This document shows, one piece after another, positions 46,723-56,024 of a stretch of DNA of 64,000 nt. The stretch comes from an uncultured delta proteobacterium. Lineage in GTDB: Bacteria; Myxococcota_A; Polyangia; Polyangiales; Polyangiaceae. A program made the translations under genes and the position numbers. Every line of letters starts with the position of its first letter. Position 1 is the first letter of the stretch. The stretch lies in NCBI GenBank assembly GCA_963716725.1, contig CAVQUB010000012.1, positions 96,001-160,000 on the forward strand. The letters are read 5' to 3'. The notes beneath the pieces are model-generated. The model worked only from the letters and a program-made list of their open reading frames with translations, searched no databases and was not told the DNA's origin.

Positions 46723-48822
46723 TCAGCGCAGTCCTTCGCCGCCCACGTACTCGTCTTCCCAGTCTTCGCCGTCGAAGGGCCAATACTCTTCGTCAGCCTT
46801 GAGCCAGCGCTCGGCCTTCAGGGAGTCCGCGATCGTCTGGGGCAGGAGTCCCTGGGAGAGCGCCTCGATTTCGACCTCGAGCGAGCGTTTTTCGCCGAGC
46901 ACGGTCTCGACTCGGCCCAGCCGCGCGCGGCGCAGCAGACGCGAGAGGCGACGGTCGAGGCGAATGAGGGCGTCCTTCGCCAACGCGATCTGCTGACCCT
47001 CGACCTTGTCTCGGGTCTTCGAGGCGTCCTGGTGGAGCGCCGCCGCTCGCTCGCGATCCTTCTGGATCACGCCCATCAGATCCACGTCCGTGGTGGCCTT
47101 CATGGCGGCTGCTGCGGCGGGCGTCACCGCCGTGCGCCCTGCGCGCGCGCGAATCTCGAGCGCTTCGAGCTGCTTCTTCAGATCGTCGATCTGAGCCTTC
47201 TTGGCGCTGCTCGTGCGCTCGGCGTCACGCATCAGCCGGCGCACCTCGGCGATCTGAGCTTCGATGCGCTCGATCTTGTCGGGGATGGTGTCCCCGATGG
47301 GGCCGGCGGCCTGGGGGCGGACCTCCTTGGGGGTGGCGAGCTTGCGCGCCGCTTCGTCGAGGTCGCTCAGCGCACCGCGGAGTCCCGAGAGCTGAACGTC
47401 CAGCTGGCCCAGCCGGCGCGCCGCCGTGCCGTACCCCGAGTCGACCCGCATCAGCGCGCCGAGGGTCCGCGCGACCTTCGAGTCGACACCGAGGTTCGCT
47501 GCCGCGGGGTCCGAGCCCTCCCGCACGGTCTCGACCAGGCGTTTGACCGCGGTGTCGTCCTTCGAGATGCGACGTGCCGCGTCGCGCACGGGATCGTAGC
47601 GCTTGAGGAACTCGCGCAGCTTGGCGTCGGCCCGGAAGAACTTGCAAGTGGCGAGGTCGATGTAGGCGTCGAGGATCCAGGCTTCGTCCTCGTAGGGGTG
47701 GTTGACCTTCATCACCCGGAGCTCGTTCATGAGCTCGCGCGCGCCGTCGTAGTCCTTGGCCTCGTAGCGGGTGGTGGAGGCCTCGTACAGCGATTCGGGC
47801 AGCCGATCGGAGTCTCGCGGCACCAGGTAGTAGTAGTAGCGGGCGTCGTCGAACCGGTATTGCTCGTGCGCAACGCGACCCAGACCGAGCCGCGCGAGAT
47901 CGCGAACACGGAAGAAGTCGCTGCCGCCGAAGAGCGGAGCCTTCCTCGGGGTCAGCTTGGGATCCGCGACCTTGCAGAACAGGTTCTCGCCCTTCTTCAA
48001 CTGTCCGCGCTCGACCTCGATCAGTCCGGACAAGTAGGTCGCCTGGGCCCAGAAGCGCGACTTGGGTGAGACGGCGGCGTAGGCCACGAGGGCGTTCGCG
48101 CGGTCCTTCTTCCGCTCGAGCGAGCGCCCTTTCAGGTAGGCGATGTCTCCGCGCAGCTCTTCGGGCGCGCTGGTGGGGACCTTCTTCAGGTCGTCGAGGA
48201 AGACCTCGAGTTGCTCGCTCTCGAGCGCGAGCTCGACCAGCGTGCGAGCGGCGCGCCGATAGTTGGTGTCTTTGGGATCGCCGCTCAGGACCCGAAGCAG
48301 GTAGCCGCGCGCAGGCTCGTACGCGCCCGCGCGTCCCAGGGCGTCCCCCAGCAGAAAGAGCATGGAGCGACCCTCGGGCCCGTTGGCGAAGGGCTCGAAG
48401 CGCGGCTGCTCCACGAAGTACACGAGATCGCCGATGGCCTCGTCGCGCCGACCGTTGGCGATCTTCTCCTCAATCGGAGCGAGCTCGTCGCGCAGGCGTT
48501 GTGCGCTCAGCGGCGCCGTCGCCGACAGCTTTCGCTTCTCGAGGGCCTTCTGGTAGGCCTTGATGCCATCGGATCGCGTGTCGGGCTTGCCGGCGCTGGG
48601 CGCCGTCGCGACGGTCGCCGCTGCGGCGTCGCCCTCGGTCTGCTTGCTGTCATCGGGCGCGTCTGCCCCGTTCGGCTTCTCCGCCGCAGGCTTCTTGTCG
48701 TCGGCGGAGGGAGCCGCCTCGGCGGGCGGAATACCTGGCTTTTCCTTGGGCTGAGCCGTCGCCGGCGTGGTCAAGGCCGAGCATGCGGCGAGGCACGACA
48801 CGAGCAGCGCGAGCCGTCTCAT
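46723..48822 (-). CDS. GltC-like TPR/coiled-coil periplasmic protein
   Basis: Signal peptide MRRLALLVSC, TPRs, DLARLGLGRVAHE, C-terminal EYWPFDGEDWEDE. Confidence 0.75.
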   Translation of the reverse strand: MRRLALLVSCLAACSALTTPATAQPKEKPGIPPAEAAPSADDKKPAAEKPNGADAPDDSKQTEGDAAAATVATAPSAGKPDTRSDGIKAYQKALEKRKLSATAPLSAQRLRDELAPIEEKIANGRRDEAIGDLVYFVEQPRFEPFANGPEGRSMLFLLGDALGRAGAYEPARGYLLRVLSGDPKDTNYRRAARTLVELALESEQLEVFLDDLKKVPTSAPEELRGDIAYLKGRSLERKKDRANALVAYAAVSPKSRFWAQATYLSGLIEVERGQLKKGENLFCKVADPKLTPRKAPLFGGSDFFRVRDLARLGLGRVAHEQYRFDDARYYYYLVPRDSDRLPESLYEASTTRYEAKDYDGARELMNELRVMKVNHPYEDEAWILDAYIDLATCKFFRADAKLREFLKRYDPVRDAARRISKDDTAVKRLVETVREGSDPAAANLGVDSKVARTLGALMRVDSGYGTAARRLGQLDVQLSGLRGALSDLDEAARKLATPKEVRPQAAGPIGDTIPDKIERIEAQIAEVRRLMRDAERTSSAKKAQIDDLKKQLEALEIRARAGRTAVTPAAAAAMKATTDVDLMGVIQKDRERAAALHQDASKTRDKVEGQQIALAKDALIRLDRRLSRLLRRARLGRVETVLGEKRSLEVEIEALSQGLLPQTIADSLKAERWLKADEEYWPFDGEDWEDEYVGGEGLR

Positions 48823-49605
48823 CAGTCCGCCACCTGAGCTCGGAGCTTCACATTGAGCTCGTACTCGCCGTCCTGATCGTCGGGGAAGTCGACGGCCATG
48901 TCGGAGTCGTCTTCGAGCTCGACGCGAGCTTCGACGACCTTGCTCTCGGGGACCACGATGCTCATCTTCGTGTTCTGCCAGGTTTTGTACTCGCGGCCGC
49001 GGGAGTCCACGCGTTCGATTCTCGACTCCCAAGATGTGATGTCCGGGGGCAACGGCGTGTTCGTATACGGGCTTCTCGTCGTTCGCGCTGAATCGATCGC
49101 CTGCGACGTAGACGACGCCGTCGTCGAGGGTCACGACGAACTTGGTGATGCGGGCGTTGTCGCCGTCCGTCTCGACGAAGACCTTGAGCTTGCTCTTGAA
49201 CATCGTGGTGGTCAGTGACGCCACGCGGGCGCGGAGCGCCGCGATGTCGCCGAGCAGGCGGTCGTATTCGGCGGGGGCGGGGGCTGCGCCGCCGTCCGGA
49301 AACTCGTTGGCGCGCGGGGTGAGCGGCGACGGCTTCGTCTTGTCGGCGGGTCCGTCGGCCTGCTTCGGAGGAGGGTCACCGAGATCGGCAGCGGCGGCGC
49401 CGGGGGGCACGCCAGCGCCATCTGGCTTGTCGTCTTTGGCCTTGTCGTCTTTGGCCTTGTCGTCTTTGGCCTTGTCGTCTTTGTCAGCCGCCTTTTTGTC
49501 GGCGTCCTTGGTCGGGCCTGCGCCCTTCTTGGGCTGCGCGAAGGCGACCAGCGCGGACAGAACGATGAGCAGGACGACCCAGAGGTGACGGGGCTTCGGG
49601 CGCAT
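48822..49605 (-). pseudogene. Secreted hypothetical protein with a 1-bp frameshift near 49020 (or a sequencing error)
   Basis: GHHILGVE continues as IERVDSRG... in another frame (GAGAATC for GAGATC); that frame stops at a TGATG overlap with the next gene. Confidence 0.75.
49428..49484 (-). repeat. 15-bp coding tandem repeat (DDKAK, 3-4 copies)
   Basis: ttgtcgtctttggcc units. Confidence 0.8.
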
Positions 49606-49824
49606 GGTTGGGCCCGGAGGTTATCACGGCCACTCCGGCGGGTGGGCCGCGGGAAATGCCTCCGAAACACGCGGATTCGGCCCCTGGCCCGCGGTTACGC
49701 GGCGCGAGCCCCGGCGGCGGGCCCGCGTGTGCCTGGCCGGCGCATTCGGCAGCTGGGCCGCAGTTGGTTGTTCGAGGTTGCGCGTCTGTTATGCTGGTCG
49801 TTCGGCGCCAGCGGAGGTCGGATT

Positions 49825-50805
49825 GTGCGCGAAACATACATCGGGGTGATCGGAGCACTGGCGCTGGTCGCTTGCGGCCAGGACGACCCCGGCAAGAACG
49901 GGCCGCCGGCAGACGTCACCCTCCCGGATCCTGGACCGAGTGGCTGGCAGTGGGAGACGGGGGCATTCGGCGTCGCGCCGGGGGAGGAGCTGCAGGACTG
50001 CTACTTCTTCCAGGTCCCCGGCGACCAGCCGGTGATGGTCAACCGGATCACCCTGGGCCAAAACCAGGGCACCCACCACATGAACGTCTTCAGGGTCAAG
50101 ACGATCCAGAAGCTTTCGGGCAAGCACGGCGACGTGGTCAAGGGCGGCGAGTGCTGGAACAGCGGCAACTGGGCGGATTGGCCGCTGGTCACCAACAGCC
50201 AGTCCGACGGCAACGTCGAGGACTGGTATCTGCCGGAGCGGGTCGCGCTGAAGTTCGAGCCGGGGGAAGTGCTGATGTTGCAGACCCACTATGTGAACGC
50301 GACCACCCAGAAGACCCCGACCCGCGGCAAGGTGGTCGTCAACTTCTATGGGGCCGAGCCGTCCCAGGTCGACCACGAGATGGGCACGCTGTTCGCGACC
50401 AATCAGAACATCCGAATTTGCCCGGGCGACAAAAAGAAGACCTTCGAGGCGACCTGCAAGATCGCCCAAGCGGGACCGGTGACTGTTTCCGCCGCAAATG
50501 GCCATTTTCACAGCCGAGGCGACCGCTTTGCGATGAACCGTTGGGACTCGATCAACGGCAAGGGGGAGCAGTTCTACGAGAGTTTGGCCTGGGATGAGCC
50601 GGTGTTCACCAAAGATCTGAACGTGCCGATCGCGCAAGATGGTGGCATCTCATGGACGTGCGAGTTCTCGGCTTTGGCCAGCGAGTGCGGCGATCCGAAC
50701 GACGACTGCTGCTTCACCTTCGGCGGCTTCGTCGAGTATCAGGAGCACTGCAACGCGTTCGCGTACTACTGGCCCAAGGGCGCAACCGACAAGAACTGCT
50801 TCTGA
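49825..50805 (+). CDS. Copper type II (PHM/DBH-like) monooxygenase-fold lipoprotein
   Basis: GGAGG RBS, LVAC lipobox, GTHHM, LQTHY, GHFH, EHC..F.YYWP. Confidence 0.82.
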   Translation: MRETYIGVIGALALVACGQDDPGKNGPPADVTLPDPGPSGWQWETGAFGVAPGEELQDCYFFQVPGDQPVMVNRITLGQNQGTHHMNVFRVKTIQKLSGKHGDVVKGGECWNSGNWADWPLVTNSQSDGNVEDWYLPERVALKFEPGEVLMLQTHYVNATTQKTPTRGKVVVNFYGAEPSQVDHEMGTLFATNQNIRICPGDKKKTFEATCKIAQAGPVTVSAANGHFHSRGDRFAMNRWDSINGKGEQFYESLAWDEPVFTKDLNVPIAQDGGISWTCEFSALASECGDPNDDCCFTFGGFVEYQEHCNAFAYYWPKGATDKNCF

Positions 50806-51398
50806 TCGCCCTCGGCGTCGTGGTGGCGAGCGTCACTGGTTGCGACTCCCCGACCGAGCCCCGGGGGACCGGCGGCGCTGCCGGTAATCCGCTGACGGTG
50901 CAGGCGGCGCTCTACACGGCCGAGGGCGATGGCTACGAACCCATCGCGCCGGGTGGAGCGCTCGAGCTCTGGGCCGCACCCCAGGGCGGACGCTGGGCGC
51001 GGATCGGCGCGCGCGTCGGCGGCCTCGACTCGGACACCGCGGAGCTCGTGGCACGGTTGATCGAGCCGGTGACGGGCGCGCTCGTCGCCGAAGCCAGTCG
51101 CACGGCGCCAATGATTGTCACTCCCGACGACCCCGACTTCAAGCACCCGGAACCCAGCGACATGAACCACGTCGTGCATCTGCCGCTGTGTCCCGACGGA
51201 AACGGGCGAGCCGTGCACGGAGTCGGCTACCTGCTGGAGCTGCAAGTGACCGAGCTCTACGGCGACTTCTCGACCGGGTCCGTCGCGTTGCCCGTCGTTC
51301 CCGGTTGCCAGGAGGTTCCGGGGCCCGCGCGGGACTACTGCGAGTGCGAGTGCGGACCGGACTACGTTTTGGGCAAGTGTGTCTGGCCCGAGGGCTAG
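50796..51398 (+). CDS. Hypothetical lipoprotein (start unclear)
   Basis: VTGC lipobox, APQGGRW motif, C-terminal CECEC; overlaps the upstream stop. Confidence 0.7.
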   Translation: MLLIALGVVVASVTGCDSPTEPRGTGGAAGNPLTVQAALYTAEGDGYEPIAPGGALELWAAPQGGRWARIGARVGGLDSDTAELVARLIEPVTGALVAEASRTAPMIVTPDDPDFKHPEPSDMNHVVHLPLCPDGNGRAVHGVGYLLELQVTELYGDFSTGSVALPVVPGCQEVPGPARDYCECECGPDYVLGKCVWPEG

Positions 51399-51499
51399 GG
51401 CGCCGCGCGCATGACAGGCCAACGGAGCCAGGCGACCGCTCTGTGTCAGCCTGTGCCAGCAGTCCTGGAGAAAACCCCGAGAAATCCGGCCGCACTCGC

Positions 51500-51515
51500 T
51501 GGCACCCTGCTTGCA
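51500..51515 (+). promoter_or_regulatory. Sigma-54 (-24/-12) promoter
   Basis: TGGCAC-cctgc-TTGCA with exact GG-N10-GC spacing, 12 nt before the ATG at 51528. Confidence 0.78.
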
Positions 51516-51527
51516 GTTGCTCACCCC

Positions 51528-53276
51528 ATGCGCAAGCGCCCCTATCTCCTTTGCGGGTTGGCCGTCTCCCTGATGATGGCCTCCGAGCCCACCGACGCCC
51601 GCGCCTGCGGTGGCACCTTCTGCGACAACGGGCCGCAAGCGATGCCCGTCGATCAGTCGGGCGAGAACGTGCTGTTCGTGATGGACGGCAAGACCGTCGA
51701 GGCCCACGTCCAGATCCAATACGAAGGCGCCGCGGAGCGCTTCGCTTGGATCGTGCCGATGCCGAAGGTACCCGACGTTCAGGTCGGCTCCGCGCTGCTC
51801 TTCAACGCGCTGTTGCAAGGCACGGTGCCCAGCTACGGGTTCACGCAGCAGACCGACGTGTGCGAGGCGGAGGGACCGAGCGACATGGCCAACGGGGCGG
51901 GCGGCTTCGCGGGGGGCTCGGGCGGGGGCTCGGGCGGCGGCGCCGGGAGCGGTCCCCAGGTGGTGTTCGAGAAGACCGTGGGCGCCTTCGAGGTCGTCGT
52001 GCTCCAGGGCGGCACCGCGCAAGAAGTGAGCAAGTGGCTCGGCGACAACAACTACCAGAATATCCCGTCCGCGCCCGAGATCCTCAAGGACTACGTCGAT
52101 CAGAACTACGTCTTCGTGGCCATCAAGCTGACGGCCGGATCGAGCAGCAAGGAGATCCACCCCCTGGTCTTCCGCTACGAGGGCGACGAGCCTTGCGTAC
52201 CGCTGAAGCTGACCGCCGTCGCCGCCACCGAAGACATGGGAGTTCGCACCTTCTTTCTGGGTGATGATCGGGTCGTCCCGACGAATTTCAAGCACGTGAC
52301 GGTCAACCCGGCGCGCATCGACTGGTCGGCGCAGGGGCAGAACTACATGCAGGCGGTCTCGCGCGCCGTGGACAGCCCGGTCGCCAATGGAAAGGCCTTC
52401 GTCACCGAGTACGCCGGCGCGAGCAACGTGGTGAGTCTCGGGATGTTCTACAGCCCGAGCTGGAACTCCCAGGTCCTCGAGGGCATCGCCCCGACGCAGG
52501 TCATCGACCGGCTCGAGGACATGGGGCTGGTGATGTGCAGCCAGTTCCGCTTCAACCCGAACGGCGAGTGCCAGTACAACCATCCCCTGATTCAGTCGCT
52601 CTTGGCCGAGTACCTGCCGGTTCCCGCCGGCCTCGCGCCCGTCGAGTTCTACGCGGAGCTGACCAAGCACGCCGACGAGATCGACCAGACCCAGTGGAAC
52701 GCCGCGGAGTTCGCCGGGGACTTCAAGTTGCGGATCCAAGAGCCGGCCGCGCACGCCGCGAGCATCGTCACCAAGTGGCCCTACCTGACGCGCATGTTCA
52801 CGACCATCTCACCCTCCGAGATGACTGAAGATCCGATGTTCCACGCCCAGCCGGGGCTCGAGACCGTGCAACCTACGAACATGGCGGTGCGCCGCACCAA
52901 CTGCTGCGGCGCGACGACCATGGAGCTGGCGGACGGCAAGAGAGTCGGCATCGATCGGGCGACGGGATCCTGGCCGGTCTGGGACAGCGCCATGCCCTGG
53001 GCCGAATCCATCGAGGAGTTCTCCCTCGCCGGTGATCGACTCACGCTGGTCGACAATGGATCCAAGATCTCCAGCGCGCTCTCCTCGTGGAACGACAAGA
53101 ACAAGCTGACCTGTGAGACGCCGGCGACGAAGGCCGCGACCAACGACACGACCGACGTGATCGACATGTCGGGCACGCCGGGCTGCGGCGTGGCGGGACG
53201 CGGTTCCCTCTCGGGAACGGCGCTGCTGTTGGCCGCGGTCGGTCTCGGTGCCGCGCGACGGCGCCGGCGTCGTTGA
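51528..53276 (+). CDS. DUF2330-domain protein with MYXO-CTERM-like tail
   Basis: ACGGTFC..VDQSGE, FAWIVP, FVAIKL, YLTRMFT; PGCG-TM-RRRRR tail. Confidence 0.88.
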   Translation: MRKRPYLLCGLAVSLMMASEPTDARACGGTFCDNGPQAMPVDQSGENVLFVMDGKTVEAHVQIQYEGAAERFAWIVPMPKVPDVQVGSALLFNALLQGTVPSYGFTQQTDVCEAEGPSDMANGAGGFAGGSGGGSGGGAGSGPQVVFEKTVGAFEVVVLQGGTAQEVSKWLGDNNYQNIPSAPEILKDYVDQNYVFVAIKLTAGSSSKEIHPLVFRYEGDEPCVPLKLTAVAATEDMGVRTFFLGDDRVVPTNFKHVTVNPARIDWSAQGQNYMQAVSRAVDSPVANGKAFVTEYAGASNVVSLGMFYSPSWNSQVLEGIAPTQVIDRLEDMGLVMCSQFRFNPNGECQYNHPLIQSLLAEYLPVPAGLAPVEFYAELTKHADEIDQTQWNAAEFAGDFKLRIQEPAAHAASIVTKWPYLTRMFTTISPSEMTEDPMFHAQPGLETVQPTNMAVRRTNCCGATTMELADGKRVGIDRATGSWPVWDSAMPWAESIEEFSLAGDRLTLVDNGSKISSALSSWNDKNKLTCETPATKAATNDTTDVIDMSGTPGCGVAGRGSLSGTALLLAAVGLGAARRRRRR

Positions 53277-53290
53277 GCGGAGCAGTAGTC

Positions 53291-53824
53291 TCAGAGCCGG
53301 TCGACACCGTGGAACTGCGCCCCGATCAGGCCGCACAAGGCCTCTAGGTGCTCTCGGTCCACTTCGCCAAAAGCATCGAGCGCATTCGAGTCCACGTCGA
53401 GCACGCCCAGCGTGCGCCCCGCCGGGGTCACGATGGGGACCACGATCTCCGAACGCGTGCGCGCCGAGCAGGCGATGTGATCGGAGAACGCGCTCACGTC
53501 TGGGACCAGTTGGGTGGCCTGGGCGCGGACGGCCGCCCCGCAGACGCCGCGTGAGATCTCGATGCGCAAGCAGCCGTGCCCGCCTTGATAGGGACCTATC
53601 ACCAGCAGGTCCGGGCGTATCAGCCGGTACACCCCGGTCCAGTCGAAGAAGTCGAAGGCTGCGTGCAACTCCGCGACCGTGGTGGAGACCCCCGCGATCC
53701 AGTCGTCCTCGCCGTCGAGCAGCGCGCGGATCGTGGCCGTGACTTCACGGTAGCGCGCGGCGCGATCCCCCGCCGAGGCGGCGAGCGCGAGCGGCGGCAC
53801 GGTGTCTGCGGTCACGTTGCTCAT
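53291..53824 (-). CDS. msrC: GAF-domain free methionine-(R)-sulfoxide reductase-like protein
   Basis: WTGVY, GPYQG..GCLRI...GVCG, HIACS..RSEIVVP, VLDVDS. Confidence 0.85.
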   Translation of the reverse strand: MSNVTADTVPPLALAASAGDRAARYREVTATIRALLDGEDDWIAGVSTTVAELHAAFDFFDWTGVYRLIRPDLLVIGPYQGGHGCLRIEISRGVCGAAVRAQATQLVPDVSAFSDHIACSARTRSEIVVPIVTPAGRTLGVLDVDSNALDAFGEVDREHLEALCGLIGAQFHGVDRL

Positions 53825-53864
53825 CGGACCACCTCCCGGGATCGGGGCGGGTTCGCGCCGAGGG

Positions 53865-54554
53865 TCAGCTGGTGAAGGGGAAGAACACGCTGAGCCCGCC
53901 CATCAGCGAAACGTCGTTCACGATCTTCTCGACGGCGAAGGGTGCTTGGTGCTTGCGCACGTGATCACGGGCGTCGAGTCGGATGGCCAGCCACTGCGCC
54001 AGGTAGAACTTGAGTCCGAAGCCAGCCGAGCCCGTGAGCCCGAGACCGCCGGACTCGCTGGTGTCCGTGGCCCCGCCGCCCACCGAGAGGTAGAAATCGA
54101 AGCGGTGGATCGGTCCGCCGAACCAGCGCACCTTGCCGTAAGACATCGACCAAATCAGGTGGCCCAGGAAGAGCTGCACGTTCTCTTCTGGCGACTCCGT
54201 GAACTGCACCAGCCCCTGCTGGCGATCGATGATGGCCTGGAGCAGACCGTACTTCTGACGGGTTCGGAAGTACGATGCCTCGAGACCGAGGTCCTCGCTG
54301 AAGTGAAAGGTGTAGGCGCCGCCGTAGACCGGTGCGCCGTCGGCGATGTCTGCCGCGTACCAGCCGCCCATGGGGGAGAGCTCGTGGCGCAACGCCTTCT
54401 TGAAAAGCCGTGGCACGACGCCGCGGTAAGCGCGCTTACCGATCAGCTGCTCCTTGAGTGCCTCGTCGACGCACTGCGCCTCGGCTCTCGACGGAGAAAG
54501 CGTCGCGACGAGCCACGCCATCGCGGCAATGACGAGCAGAAATCGGGGGGCCAA
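53865..54554 (-). CDS. Myxobacterial outer-membrane beta-barrel protein (GltA/B-like)
   Basis: RLFKKALRHELSP, YTFHFSE, YGKV...HRFDFYL, GLSVFFP terminus. Confidence 0.82.
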   Translation of the reverse strand: MAPRFLLVIAAMAWLVATLSPSRAEAQCVDEALKEQLIGKRAYRGVVPRLFKKALRHELSPMGGWYAADIADGAPVYGGAYTFHFSEDLGLEASYFRTRQKYGLLQAIIDRQQGLVQFTESPEENVQLFLGHLIWSMSYGKVRWFGGPIHRFDFYLSVGGGATDTSESGGLGLTGSAGFGLKFYLAQWLAIRLDARDHVRKHQAPFAVEKIVNDVSLMGGLSVFFPFTS

Positions 54555-54659
54555 GCCGAGACACCGATATCATAGGATGGGTCCGGTGCGGCTCGATTAT
54601 GCTCAGGGAGGCCCCGTTTTCGGGGGAGGCTGCCCCCCTCGAGGCCCCAAGGACGCTAG

Positions 54660-56024
54660 ATGTCGACCAAGACCCGGGTCCCGTGGGCCGCGCTCGCCCT
54701 GTCTGCGTGTCTCGCGGCTCCCGCGGGGGCTCGAGCCCAGAGCGCCGCCGCGGCGGGGCCGGACGCCGCCAAACCGTGCACGAACGGTCGGGCCAGCGCG
54801 CTGAGCGAGATCGGCTGTGACCTCGGGCAGGCGCTCGGAAAGCTGCCCGCCGGCGCGCTGGTCGTCGCCGCCCCGCTGACCGGCGACACCCGGCCGGTCG
54901 AGCCCGCGCAGCTCGGAGCGCGGATCGTGTCGGTCGTCGCCGGCGCCCTCGGACTCGCCAGCTCCAGCGAGTCTGCATCCCTGGCGCGGGCTAGGACCCT
55001 GGCGGCGCGTGCGGGCACCCTGGTGTACGTGGTGCCTGAGCTGCAGCGCGGCGAGTTGCGGCTCACCGTCGACGTGTATCCGGTGCCCAAGGGCTTCTGG
55101 GACCGCGTCCGCAATCCAGAACCCAACCCGCGGCAGCACGCGTTCGCGAGCCGCAGAATCGACCCGGAGTTTCGAACCTTCCTGCCTGCCGTGCCGTTCA
55201 TCGCGAAACGCACCGACAAGGCCATGACGGGTGAGCAGAGCCCCGTGGCCGTCGCCTGCGGCGATCTGAACGGTGATGGCGCGCTCGAAGCGGTGCTGGT
55301 CGGTCGTTCGCGGGCTCGAGTCGGGCGCGTGCGCGCCGGACGATTCGTCGCCTCGGCGACGGCGGCGTGGACGCAGCTCTCGCCTCTATCGCGCGCGCCG
55401 CTCCGGGAGCCCATTGCGAGCGTTGCCATCGAGGCCGGTCGCTGGGTCGACATCGGGCTCAGCGATCGACTCGATGCGGTGCGCTTGGATGCGAGCTTCG
55501 CGAACCCGCAGAAGCTCGGTCGTCGGCTGCCTTGGCCTGGCGGCGGCTGTTCGAAGATCGTCGGCACCAGCCTGCGCCCCGAGGTCGAACCCTGCGCCCG
55601 GGGCGACGCGCCGGCGTCGTCTCCGCAGCTGGAAAAGACCGGTGACGCCCTGGCGGGCGCCCTGGTGCTCGGCCGTGACGGCAAGCCGCGACGGGTGCGC
55701 GCGTTCCGCGTATTCAACGAGAGCGCCGTGCTGGTCCGCGACGATGCCGGGCGAAGTGCGCGGCTCGAAGGGGCGGGCGCCCAGCTGGCCGTCGGTGACC
55801 TCGACGGCGACGGTCAACCGGAGATCCTCAGCAGTGGCGACACGCTGGACGACACGGCCGACGCGCTGGTGGTGCACACCTTTCAGGACGACGCGAAGCT
55901 CCTGGAGAGGTTTCGCATGGCAGTGCCCACCGGCGTTCGCGCGCTCGCCGTTTGCCCAGCGGAGGGAGCTGGACTCGCTTCGATCTTGGTGGCGACGCCC
56001 GGGGAGCTTTGGGTGATCCGATGA
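54660..56024 (+). CDS. Secreted FG-GAP/VCBS-repeat protein
   Basis: Signal peptide; GDLNGDGALE and GDLDGDGQPE motifs. Confidence 0.8.
   Translation: MSTKTRVPWAALALSACLAAPAGARAQSAAAAGPDAAKPCTNGRASALSEIGCDLGQALGKLPAGALVVAAPLTGDTRPVEPAQLGARIVSVVAGALGLASSSESASLARARTLAARAGTLVYVVPELQRGELRLTVDVYPVPKGFWDRVRNPEPNPRQHAFASRRIDPEFRTFLPAVPFIAKRTDKAMTGEQSPVAVACGDLNGDGALEAVLVGRSRARVGRVRAGRFVASATAAWTQLSPLSRAPLREPIASVAIEAGRWVDIGLSDRLDAVRLDASFANPQKLGRRLPWPGGGCSKIVGTSLRPEVEPCARGDAPASSPQLEKTGDALAGALVLGRDGKPRRVRAFRVFNESAVLVRDDAGRSARLEGAGAQLAVGDLDGDGQPEILSSGDTLDDTADALVVHTFQDDAKLLERFRMAVPTGVRALAVCPAEGAGLASILVATPGELWVIR

Noticed and set aside
46723..49605. Single 960-aa protein
   Set aside because: Better explained as two genes joined by a 1-bp frameshift; the second has its own signal peptide and a TGATG overlap
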